Shown: positions 34,526 through 42,733 of the stretch, in pieces | How the letters are laid out: each line of letters starts with the position of its first letter | How positions within the stretch are numbered: position 1 is the first letter of the stretch | Source of the DNA: an uncultured Anaerolineaceae bacterium | GTDB lineage: Bacteria; Chloroflexota; Anaerolineae; 4572-78 | DNA length: 42,733 nt | Direction of reading: 5' to 3' | Assembly: GCA_964480075.1 (NCBI GenBank) | Contig: CAYZQQ010000001.1 | Location: forward strand, 1 to 42,733 | Program-made: the position numbers and the translations under genes | The notes under the pieces: model-generated | Seen by the model: the letters and a program-made list of their open reading frames with translations, nothing else | Told to the model about the DNA's origin: nothing | The model's database searches: none

Positions 34526-36661
34526 CTATTCATCGCCGCGCAATAGCGGCGTGTACAATCTGTTGGAATAATCTTTGAGCATCCGCGTCATACTAAATTG
34601 GGGCGCAACCGTTTTGATTGATTCGCGCATAATTGCGGTCCATCCTTCGGGAACGCCCACTTCGTTACGGTCATAGAATGCCGGAACCACCGCATTTTCC
34701 AGCAATTCGTACAAATAATTGGCGTCTCGGTGGTCATCCGAATCTTCATCGGTACCGATAACCCAACCGTTTTTGCCGTCAAACGCTTCGGGCCACCAGC
34801 CATCACTAATACTCAAATTGGGAATGCCATTCAATCCTGCTTTTTGCCCGCTGGTGCCACTCGCTTCATACGGGCGACGGGGGGTGTTCAACCACACATC
34901 CACCCCGGAAACCAGATGCCGCGCCACATTAATATCGTAATCTTCTACAAAAATAATATGCCCGGCAAGTCCCGCTTCAAAAGAGCGGTGATACACTTCT
35001 TTGATAAAATTTTTGCCCGGCTCATCGCGGGGATGCGCTTTTCCGGCAAACACAAACTGCACGGGGCGACCGGGCGTGTGAATGATGCGCTTTAGCCGTT
35101 CCACGTCCGTAAAAAGAATGGTGGCACGTTTATAGGTGGCAAATCGGCGGGCAAACCCGATGGTGAGTGTATTATTATTCAATAATTGATAGGTGGCATC
35201 CAACTGCCCCCGGTCTGCACCCAACCGAGCCAATCGCGCCCGCGTGCGCATCCGCACAAAATTGAGCATTCGCGCCCGCATTCGATTGCGTAAATCCCAC
35301 AAGTCCGCATCAGAAGTCTGGTCAATTGCCTGCCACATGTCAGGGTCATTAATATTCAACACCCAATCTTTGCCCATCAATTCATCAAATTCAGTTTTTA
35401 ATTGCGGTGAGAGCCAGCTTTCGGTATGTACCCCGTTGGTCACATGGGTGATGGGGCAATTCTCGGCGGTGTGGTCGGGCCAGAGCCAGTGCCACATTTG
35501 CCGCGAAACTTCGCCGTGCAATTTGCTGACGCCGTTCCGTTTGTTGGAATAGCGCAGTCCCAGCACGGTCATACCAAAAGTCGGTCCCCAACTTTGGTCA
35601 TGGCGCGCCATTTCCAAAAACTGGTCCTTGGAAATGCCCATTTTGTCCCAAAAACCGGCGAAGAATTTCTCCATCATTGGGAATGGAAATGCATCGTGAC
35701 CGGCGGGCACCGGCGTATGGGTGGTGAACACCGATGAGGCTTGCACCCGTTTAACCGCATCTTCATATGATGTTCCCGATGTCACATACTCGCGGATGCG
35801 TTCCAGCACCAAAAATGCGGAATGCCCTTCATTCATGTGGAAAATATCGGGCATATGCCCCAGCTTTCGCAGGGCGCGCACGCCGCCGATGCCCAACACC
35901 ATTTCTTGCGCCAGCCGCATCTCTTGATCTCCGCCATACAACCGCGCCGATAACTCCCGGTCAGCGGTGTCGTTGGGGTGAATGTCAGTATCCATCAAAA
36001 ACAGGGGAACATTTCCCACTTGAATTCGCCACACTTTGGCATACACCGTGCGTCCGGGTAAATTTACCGCTACCACCACCTCTTTCCCATTGGCATCGAA
36101 TGCGGGCAGCGCGGGAACTTCTGTGAATCGCACTTTTTGGTAGATGGCTTCTTGCGTGCCATCGGCGGTGATAACCTGCTTAAAATATCCCTGTGGATAC
36201 AAGAAACCCACCCCAATCAGTGGCAAGCCCAAATCGCTGGCTTCTTTGGTATGGTCGCCGGAGAGAATACCCAACCCGCCGGAATAGATGGGCAGGCTTT
36301 CGTGCAGTCCAAACTCCGCCGAGAAATAGGCGATAGTTTTGCCCGATAATTCGGGAAATTTTTGCGCGAACCATGTTTTGTCGAATACCTGATAGCTGTC
36401 AAATTCCGTCAGCACGGCATGGTAGGCGCGCAAAAAATCGGCGTCTCTCGCGACGGCATCCAATGCCGATTGTCGCACCTCTCGCAGGAATTTTACAGGA
36501 TTGTGGTAAATTTCCTCCCATAAATCGGCATCAATTTTCTGATACAGCGCACTCGCTTCGGGGTGCCAGCTCCACCACAGATTGTAAGCCAGTTCCAGCA
36601 AGCGTTGAATGCGTTGGGGCAACGGAGTGAACCCCGCCGCCAATTGAATGGTGGTATCCAT
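34526..36661 (-). CDS. glgP: Alpha-glucan (glycogen/maltodextrin) phosphorylase, GT35
   Basis: The 711-aa ORF has the short-form alpha-glucan phosphorylase architecture (LSGGLGILSGDH, the EASGTSGQKA pyridoxal-phosphate Lys region). SD is GGAGG. Confidence 0.85.
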   Translation of the reverse strand: MDTTIQLAAGFTPLPQRIQRLLELAYNLWWSWHPEASALYQKIDADLWEEIYHNPVKFLREVRQSALDAVARDADFLRAYHAVLTEFDSYQVFDKTWFAQKFPELSGKTIAYFSAEFGLHESLPIYSGGLGILSGDHTKEASDLGLPLIGVGFLYPQGYFKQVITADGTQEAIYQKVRFTEVPALPAFDANGKEVVVAVNLPGRTVYAKVWRIQVGNVPLFLMDTDIHPNDTADRELSARLYGGDQEMRLAQEMVLGIGGVRALRKLGHMPDIFHMNEGHSAFLVLERIREYVTSGTSYEDAVKRVQASSVFTTHTPVPAGHDAFPFPMMEKFFAGFWDKMGISKDQFLEMARHDQSWGPTFGMTVLGLRYSNKRNGVSKLHGEVSRQMWHWLWPDHTAENCPITHVTNGVHTESWLSPQLKTEFDELMGKDWVLNINDPDMWQAIDQTSDADLWDLRNRMRARMLNFVRMRTRARLARLGADRGQLDATYQLLNNNTLTIGFARRFATYKRATILFTDVERLKRIIHTPGRPVQFVFAGKAHPRDEPGKNFIKEVYHRSFEAGLAGHIIFVEDYDINVARHLVSGVDVWLNTPRRPYEASGTSGQKAGLNGIPNLSISDGWWPEAFDGKNGWVIGTDEDSDDHRDANYLYELLENAVVPAFYDRNEVGVPEGWTAIMRESIKTVAPQFSMTRMLKDYSNRLYTPLLRGDE

Positions 36662-36748
36662 GTAACCTCCAAATTTGGGTCAGTGTTAAAAGTTTTTACC
36701 TGTGAGATTTTAGAGCAAATGCCATTAATCAACAAACTCAATTCGCGC

Positions 36749-37408
36749 TTATCGGCGGCGGGTGACGCCGATTTTGGGACACATATCCGCCAGCGGGCAT
36801 TTGCTGCACCACGGCGACGTGGGGTGGCAGATGGTTTGCCCCAGCGTTACCAGCAGCGAATTGTATGCTATCCAGTATTTTTGCGGCAATTTTTCACGCA
36901 GCGCCAGCTCCGTTTCCTCCGGCGATTGGGTCTGCACGTATCCCCACCGGTTGGAAATGCGGTGAACGTGAATATCCACGCAGATGCCGGGCAGTCCAAA
37001 GCCCATCGTCAGCACCAAATTGGCGGTTTTGCGCCCCACGCCCGGCAGTGACAGCAATTTATCCAGCGTGTGCGGCACGTCCCCGCCGAAATCGTCCAGC
37101 AGTTTTTGGCTGGTTTTCAAAATACTGCGCGCTTTGTTGCGATAAAATCCCACTGGATAAATGGCATTTTCAATTTGCGCCGGGGTGAGTTTCATCATTT
37201 TGGCGGGGGTTTCCGCCAGTGCGAACAATTTCGGCGCGGCGATGGCGGTGGTGCTGTCTTTGGTTCGCAAGCTGAGCAGGGTGGCGATGAGAATTTTGTA
37301 GGGTGTTTGATGGGTTTCGCTCATTTGGTCAATGAGCGGTTGGGGCATCGTTGCTGTCACATTTTGCAAAACGGCAATCGCATCGGTAATGGGGAAATCG
37401 GTGGTCAT
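36749..37408 (-). CDS. nth: Endonuclease III
   Basis: HhH-GPD motif LPGVGRKTANLVL and a C-terminal CX6CX2CX5C cluster (CHPTSPWCSKCPLADMC). Confidence 0.9.
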   Translation of the reverse strand: MTTDFPITDAIAVLQNVTATMPQPLIDQMSETHQTPYKILIATLLSLRTKDSTTAIAAPKLFALAETPAKMMKLTPAQIENAIYPVGFYRNKARSILKTSQKLLDDFGGDVPHTLDKLLSLPGVGRKTANLVLTMGFGLPGICVDIHVHRISNRWGYVQTQSPEETELALREKLPQKYWIAYNSLLVTLGQTICHPTSPWCSKCPLADMCPKIGVTRRR

Positions 37409-37495
37409 TGAACACTCCCGGTATTGCGGCGAACATTGTTTTTGGGTACACTGTTGTCACCTTTACTATAGACGTCCATCGAAAAAGGAGCAATT

Positions 37496-39199
37496 ATGGA
37501 CCGCGCCATACCTGTATCCAGCAATGAAGAAATTGACCTGTATATGCGCACCTACTATTCGGTGCTGCGCTCCAGCGGCGAAGTGCAGGTGCGCTCATTG
37601 GAAGAAACCCATTCCGGCATGAATGCCAGCTTGCATCAGGGTGCCAACGGCAATGCGATTGATGTTTCGGCGTTTGTATACAGTTCGCTGCGATTGCCGG
37701 TGTGCGCCAAAGATATTCGGCTGGTGCTGCTGGGGCAATCCGCCGAAGTTTTTACCCGCCGGGGCTATCCGCATATTGAAACGTGGTCGGTGGTGCAGGC
37801 GCGAGCGCGGCGCCGCAAGATGTTTTTTGATGACCATGAAACGCTGGCGGTGTTCATCAACAGCATTTCTGATATTGACGATTTGGTGCCGATGCTGACC
37901 ACTTATCAAATTGAATGGAACAAAATGCACCAAAAATTCACCCGGTATGGGCTATTGCGCCGCGATAACATCACGATGGCAGAATTTAAAGAGGCGCTGG
38001 AGCTGGATGATGCCGATTTTGCTAAATTGAAACAGGTATGGGGTGAAGCCATTTCTGACCATTTGATGCAGGTCGTCCGCGCCGAAAAACGGTTCGCCCT
38101 GCGCATGCTGGCGGGGTCGCGTACCGATTATCGCCGTGCCACACAGGGATGGTGGCAACATGCTATGCGACACTGCGGCGTGCCCAATGTTCACGACCGT
38201 CCGGTGTATTTTGTGTCATCCAATATGCATGCCCTGCCCAATTTATTGGGTGGGTATGCCCACGCCATTACCGATACCCTCTATGATTTTTTGGAAATGG
38301 AAAATCCGGAAGGATTGGTGGCAGAATACCACCGGCTCAATTTAGAAACTCAACCGGGTCAGCGAGAAAATTTATTCTATTACCTCCTGCGGCAATATTT
38401 GGCTTCAGTCGGCGGCGAAGCCCATGCGGCGCAAAAAACAGCCCATGAACTTTCGCATGGGATTCACAACGTTCTGCGTCCCTTTAATTTAGATGTGGGG
38501 GTGCAGGTAGTAGAATTGTCGCAGCTTGACCCGTCTTTCTTCGACCCGCGCCTGAATCTCCCGGATGCCGATTGGACGCAATTGCGCCACAGCGAGGCGC
38601 TGATTGTGAACATTGATTATCCACTGGGAATGGCGGCTTATGAAATTCTGGCGCACGTTTCGGCAAATGTGGGCGTATTGAAAGGGGTGTACATTTTGGG
38701 CAAAGCCGCCACATTGAACGGACGTGTCGGCGATGTGATGATCCCCAACGTGCTGCATGATGAACATTCGCGCAACACTTACCTGTTTTCCAACTGTTTT
38801 TGCGCCGGGGATGTGGCGCCGTATTTGGGGTTTGGCACAGTGTTGGACAATCAAAAAGCCGTCACGGTGCGCGGCACCTTTTTGCAAAACAAACAATTTA
38901 TGCACCTGTTTTACAAAGAGGGCTATACCGATATTGAGATGGAAGCGGGACCATACCTCAGTGCCATGTACGAAAATATCTCGCCGAAGCGGTATCCGGT
39001 CAACGAAATTGTAAAGGTGTATGCCGAACAGCCGTATGACATCGGCGTGTTGCATTACGCCTCGGATACCCCATACAGCAAGCGGCAATCGCTGCTGTCC
39101 AAAAGCCTGCTCTACTTTGGTATGGACTCTTCTTATGCCACGGCGGTGGCAATCCTGCGGCGGATTTTCTCGCAGGAATTAGGCATCACATCCAGCTGA
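37496..39199 (+). CDS. Hypothetical 567-aa protein; the C-terminal roughly 230 aa resemble the nucleoside phosphorylase/AMP-nucleosidase (PNP_UDP_1) fold and the N-terminal roughly 330 aa are unassigned
   Basis: A strong SD (AAAGGAG) is present. The C-terminal blocks LIVNIDYPLGMAAY, ILGKAATLNGRVGDVMIP, TDIEMEAGPYL and GVLHYASDTPY match the order of conserved blocks in Amn/PNP-type enzymes. Confidence 0.6.
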   Translation: MDRAIPVSSNEEIDLYMRTYYSVLRSSGEVQVRSLEETHSGMNASLHQGANGNAIDVSAFVYSSLRLPVCAKDIRLVLLGQSAEVFTRRGYPHIETWSVVQARARRRKMFFDDHETLAVFINSISDIDDLVPMLTTYQIEWNKMHQKFTRYGLLRRDNITMAEFKEALELDDADFAKLKQVWGEAISDHLMQVVRAEKRFALRMLAGSRTDYRRATQGWWQHAMRHCGVPNVHDRPVYFVSSNMHALPNLLGGYAHAITDTLYDFLEMENPEGLVAEYHRLNLETQPGQRENLFYYLLRQYLASVGGEAHAAQKTAHELSHGIHNVLRPFNLDVGVQVVELSQLDPSFFDPRLNLPDADWTQLRHSEALIVNIDYPLGMAAYEILAHVSANVGVLKGVYILGKAATLNGRVGDVMIPNVLHDEHSRNTYLFSNCFCAGDVAPYLGFGTVLDNQKAVTVRGTFLQNKQFMHLFYKEGYTDIEMEAGPYLSAMYENISPKRYPVNEIVKVYAEQPYDIGVLHYASDTPYSKRQSLLSKSLLYFGMDSSYATAVAILRRIFSQELGITSS

Positions 39200-39800
39200 T
39201 AACGCCCTGCCAAAGTTGATACACGCCAAAAACCGCCAGCGCCGCCGCCGACAGTATCCCAAGCGTGCGTGTCGCCGTGTGCCCCAAATGGCGCGTGGTG
39301 GCGAACACCACAATCAACATCGCCGTGCCGGTAATGAACATGCCATAAAATCCTCCCAGAAAGCCCACGCCCAGCGCCGGCGATTGTCGCCACCCGTCCA
39401 ACAAAATAGGACCCGCCACCAAACTCCAAAAAATGTACGGATTCGGATTCAGCAGGTTCATCACCGCGGCTTGCCCCAAGCTCTGCCGCCCGGATTGCGC
39501 ATCCGGCTCACGGAAAAACGTCTCTTTCCGTGCCGACTTCCACACCCTCCACGCCAAAAACAGAATGAATCCCCCGCCGACGATGCGTAAACCCGACAAA
39601 AACCAGTCGGGGGTTTGGGTTAAAATCAGCAGCATCAGCGTCACAATGGGAATATCACTGATTAACGGCGCAAATGCTGCCGGAAGGGTGCGTTTCCAGC
39701 CATTTTGCAATGACAGCGCCAGCAATAATGTTTGCAACGGACCGGGGCTGATGGCGGCATAAAATCCAAACGATATTCCGGTGAATAAGTATCCAAGCAT
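39186..39800 (-). CDS. LysE family amino-acid efflux translocator
   Basis: MLGYLFTGISFGFYAAISPGPLQ..., with 6 TM segments. GGAGG lies upstream of the ATG at 39800. The 3' end overlaps the convergent gene by 14 nt. Confidence 0.75.
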   Translation of the reverse strand: MLGYLFTGISFGFYAAISPGPLQTLLLALSLQNGWKRTLPAAFAPLISDIPIVTLMLLILTQTPDWFLSGLRIVGGGFILFLAWRVWKSARKETFFREPDAQSGRQSLGQAAVMNLLNPNPYIFWSLVAGPILLDGWRQSPALGVGFLGGFYGMFITGTAMLIVVFATTRHLGHTATRTLGILSAAALAVFGVYQLWQGVISWM

Positions 39801-39948
39801 GCGTTCCTCCGCAATGATGCGTGATGCACGCATCATCACATAAATTGGGGATGATGGCAAATTGGCACACCCCGTTCTTCCCGGAATGCGCCGATTGGCG
39901 GATTGTCAGCTTGCCGCGCCTCCATTATACTGGAAACCGACACTGAAT

Positions 39949-40129
39949 ATTCCCCGCAGCAAATTGAGGCGTATCAAATTATCATTTCGGGAATTTTCAC
40001 AGGGAATTATCCGGAATCCATCGTGGTGACGATGGATTTCCACCTTCGCACCCGCAACAGGCGGGAATAACATACGCGGCAAGCCACGGGGAATTAAATC
40101 CGCAACTCATTAACAACCTGAATTCGGGG
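39949..40129. repeat. Cluster of degenerate attcccgc/gcgggaat-type hairpin repeat remnants
   Basis: attccccg...cgggaat (39949-39994), ccggaatcca (40011-40020), cccgc-aacag-gcgggaataaca (40051-40072), cggggaatt (40087-40095) and gaattcgggg (40120-40129). There is also an 11-bp hairpin at 40013-40041. Confidence 0.45.
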
Positions 40130-40161
40130 TAAGCAAAACAATACTCAAATGAGATAAAAAT

Positions 40162-40221
40162 AGTCCACCAATTTACACAGATACACTCTGATTTTTATTT
40201 TTCTGTGATTGTCTGTGGACT
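40162..40221. repeat. Short inverted repeat of the 'acacagat' family
   Basis: agtccac-caatttacacagata ... tctgtgattgtct-gtggact. Confidence 0.45.
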
Positions 40222-40260
40222 GAAAATTTTATCCCGAACTGAGGTTAACAGGATATTTTT

Positions 40261-41160
40261 ATGAAACTCGCCATTTTTGCCGATGTGCATGGCAACAAAG
40301 CCGCGCTGGAAGCGGTGCTGGAGGATATTGACCGCCAGCGCCCCGATGCCATTATCTGCGCGGGCGATGCCGTCAACCCGTTTCCCGAATCAGAAACGGT
40401 ATGGGAAACCCTCCGTGCGCGAAATATCCCCGTCGTGCGCGGCAATCACGAAGAATATATGTTAGCATATTACCAGCCCGACCGCAATCCCGACATCCGG
40501 CAGCTCATTCAATTTATGCCGGCCCGGTTTGCGGCGCAGAAACTTTCTACCCACACCATCACCGAAATTGACGCGCTGCCGCTGACCCGCACCATTTCCG
40601 GTCCCGCCGGGGACGACGTGCTGGTGTGTCACGCCTCGCCAGTGAGTGCGAGCCGTAGTTTTGCCGCCGGAATTGATGCAGATATGGCAGCCGCATTGAC
40701 ACATATCCCCGCCCAAACTATCGCCGGGGGGCATGTGCACATGCAGTGGCAGATGCGCTGGCGCGATAAATTTTTGGTACTGGCGGGGAGTGCCGGACAA
40801 CCCTTTGGTGCGACAACCGATGCGCAATATCTGATGCTCACCCATCGAAACGGAAAGTGGCACGCCGCGCACCACACCGTGCCATATAATTTAGAAGACA
40901 CCCTTCGCGCCATAACAGAAAGCCGATTTTTGCTGGCAGGCGGACCCCTCTCGTGGCTGATGCTTGATGAATTACTGACCGCCGAACTGCGGATGGTGCC
41001 GTTTCTGCGAAAATTTTGTCCATCCTCCCGCCCTACCCGCCTACCGGAATGGGCGGCATGGGTGCGCCGCTATTTGGAAGCCATCGGACGGTGGCAGGTG
41101 TTGCAACCGTACATCCGCGAGGCGTATTTTGCTATCGCCGCCGAAAAAATACACGGGTGA
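40261..41160 (+). CDS. Metallophosphoesterase family protein with a C-terminal extension
   Basis: MKLAIFADVHGN, AGDAVN, GNHE and GGHVH motifs. Confidence 0.8.
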   Translation: MKLAIFADVHGNKAALEAVLEDIDRQRPDAIICAGDAVNPFPESETVWETLRARNIPVVRGNHEEYMLAYYQPDRNPDIRQLIQFMPARFAAQKLSTHTITEIDALPLTRTISGPAGDDVLVCHASPVSASRSFAAGIDADMAAALTHIPAQTIAGGHVHMQWQMRWRDKFLVLAGSAGQPFGATTDAQYLMLTHRNGKWHAAHHTVPYNLEDTLRAITESRFLLAGGPLSWLMLDELLTAELRMVPFLRKFCPSSRPTRLPEWAAWVRRYLEAIGRWQVLQPYIREAYFAIAAEKIHG

Positions 41161-41170
41161 AACGATGAGA

Positions 41171-41205
41171 TTGGTTATTTGTCCTTTGTCATTCGTCCTT
41201 CGTAA
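41171..41205. repeat. Heptanucleotide tandem repeat (STRR-like), 5 units
   Basis: Units are ttggtta/tttgtcc/tttgtca/ttcgtcc/ttcgtaa. Confidence 0.65.
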
Positions 41206-41304
41206 AACGTGATGCGTGAAAGTGAGAAAGTGTGCAGCCGAAAAAATAAGATTGGCATTCGCCCATTTGCCTTTTGCATTTTTAATTTTGCATTGGCTTC
41301 CCCC

Positions 41305-42733
41305 TCACCGCAGCACCAACGGCAGAAATACTTTATTCGGTCCCCCCCATTGACCGCCCGCGCTAATTTCATCCAGACAGAAAGTGGTGGGCGTGCCGCC
41401 GTTCTGCGTCACCGTGAACCGCACGCCCAAATCTCCGGAATAAACGTCATTTGGCGGCAGTAAAAATGTCCCCATACTGCCGCCAAAAATTGCCGTGCCG
41501 CTGATGGGGGTCGTCGGCAAATTGAGTGGCAGAAAGCTATGCTGCCAGCCGCCGGTATCGGCGGAAATAGTGATGGGTGTGGTGGGCGGCAGTCCATCCG
41601 GGGCAAAAATCTCTGCCGTCAGCGCATCATTGCTGTCACCCTGCGCCCGCAGCCAAAACGACAGCGTCGGGCGATACATGTCGGTAACGATGGCGGTGGC
41701 GGTGAGCGCACCCGTTTGGGTGATGCACAAACTGGCACTCCCCGCGCGGGGAGCGGCAGCATCAAACATCGGCGCGGCGAGGGTGTGCTGCCAGCCTGCC
41801 AGCGAACCCTCAAAATCACCATTGGCGATGAAATCATCGGGCGGGCGCAGAGTCAGCGTTATGACACCCATCCCCACCGTCGGCACATCCACCCACACGG
41901 GAGACGGCGATTGCCAGCCGGTGGCGGTGGTCGCCGTAATACCGAATGTCCCCGCGCCGGTGTTCATGCTGAAGACTCCCCCTGCGCCGCTGGTGGTCTG
42001 TGTCAGCGCGCCGCTCACCGCCACCATGGCGCCGCTGATGGCGTTTTCGGTATTGTTGAAAATTGTGCCGTTCAGCGCGCCGCCGAGTGTGAGTGTGCGC
42101 TCTTGCCATACGCCGGGCATATCAATATCGCTATTATAGCCTTCTGAACGGGTTTGCCATGCCCGTACGCGGACGCGATAACTGTGCCCCACTGTACCGT
42201 CAAAAATAGCAACCGTACTCCGATTTAATTTTGTTTGCAACGCTGTCCAATTTGCGGCGGTTTCATCGCGATATTGCACTTCATACCCTTTTAGTGTCCA
42301 ATCGGACTGCGCCGCCCCTGCCCAGTTTGCGGAAACGGTTGTACCGGTTGCTGTCACGCTGAAACTGTTGATGACCGGCGCCATGTCAAAATTCGCCGCG
42401 TCGAAATATACCATATCCAAATCCGTATGGTTGGATGAAGTATTTTCCGGCGCGGAAACTTTGGCGAACACCGTGACGATGTTCGATTGCGCCGTCGCCG
42501 CAACGTCCATATACACCCAAAATTTGTCGTTGCTGTCCGGCTCGCTCCACACAACGTTGGCACTGGAGGGGTCGGTGCCGCCGGTGGGGTCAATGCCCAC
42601 CATTTTTACCATCACCCCGTTGCTATCGGGGTAACCGGGACCGCGCCAATATGTGACCATTCCCACATCGAAAGCGTAATCTTCCCCCGGCGTGACCGGA
42701 ATTTGCTGGTACACTCCCGCGTCAAATTCATAG
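41305..42733 (-). CDS. Secreted/surface protein (5'-partial; the frame is open to the window edge) with a jelly-roll-like N-terminal region, a fibronectin type III domain and a carboxypeptidase-regulatory-like domain
   Basis: The ORF-track 'M' at 42714 is GTG, and upstream codons (YEFDAG) continue to position 42733. The FN3-like block is WTLKGYEVQYRDETAANW...YRVRVRAW. The protein ends in the hydrophobic-basic tail KVFLPLVLR. Confidence 0.65.
   Translation of the reverse strand, partial: YEFDAGVYQQIPVTPGEDYAFDVGMVTYWRGPGYPDSNGVMVKMVGIDPTGGTDPSSANVVWSEPDSNDKFWVYMDVAATAQSNIVTVFAKVSAPENTSSNHTDLDMVYFDAANFDMAPVINSFSVTATGTTVSANWAGAAQSDWTLKGYEVQYRDETAANWTALQTKLNRSTVAIFDGTVGHSYRVRVRAWQTRSEGYNSDIDMPGVWQERTLTLGGALNGTIFNNTENAISGAMVAVSGALTQTTSGAGGVFSMNTGAGTFGITATTATGWQSPSPVWVDVPTVGMGVITLTLRPPDDFIANGDFEGSLAGWQHTLAAPMFDAAAPRAGSASLCITQTGALTATAIVTDMYRPTLSFWLRAQGDSNDALTAEIFAPDGLPPTTPITISADTGGWQHSFLPLNLPTTPISGTAIFGGSMGTFLLPPNDVYSGDLGVRFTVTQNGGTPTTFCLDEISAGGQWGGPNKVFLPLVLR

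Noticed and set aside
39861-40260. Possible degenerate CRISPR array, suggested by the recurring GGGAAT-containing boxes.
   Set aside because: There is no constant repeat length and no regular repeat-spacer periodicity. The boxes occur in both orientations and match the attcccgc/gcgggaat hairpin family seen elsewhere. No cas genes are nearby.

Overview
This is a moderately GC-rich bacterial chromosomal window. Gene content, Pro/Thr-rich linkers and the repeat families suggest a Chloroflexota/Anaerolineae-like organism, but that is inference only. I can support about 40 protein-coding genes, mostly housekeeping, and I found no rRNA, tRNA or CRISPR array. In window order the genes are:
- an HAO-like multihaem cytochrome fragment;
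- a NAD-type formate dehydrogenase operon (a NuoE/NuoF-fusion beta subunit plus fdhA);
- comEC, a TGS/uridine-kinase-like protein, lepB, rpsO-pnp and a stand-alone trmD;
- a ThDP enzyme, an SDR, a small orphan and pterin carbinolamine dehydratase;
- two overlapping membrane proteins;
- a DUF951-GT28-GT2-flippase glycolipid cluster;
- a YggT::M50 fusion, an HD protein, tyrA and a GIY-YIG::DUF4332 in-frame fusion;
- murI, a C26 amidotransferase, plsC, a LysM lipoprotein, xerD and a purine nucleoside phosphorylase;
- glgP, nth, a 567-aa orphan with an AMP-nucleosidase-like C-terminal domain, LysE, a metallophosphoesterase and a partial FN3 surface protein.

Two results stand out.
1. fdhA is a selenoprotein. 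The ORF track splits it in two at an in-frame UGA (2544-2546, minus strand), and that UGA is followed by an fdhF-like SECIS hairpin.
2. The intergenic space holds several families of small palindromic repeats. One family forms the inverted termini of an AT-rich GIY-YIG cassette inserted inside the fdh operon. The same termini also occur as gene-less pairs with compensatory stem changes, and as a decayed cluster near 40 kb. Other families are nested 'aatagaac...acacagat' inverted repeats, a triple-hairpin 'gtaggtcacg' element with its own terminal inverted repeats, and heptanucleotide tandem repeats.

I found no clear multi-gene defence or novel-system locus. The candidates most worth follow-up are the GIY-YIG/hairpin element family and the orphan nucleosidase-like protein.
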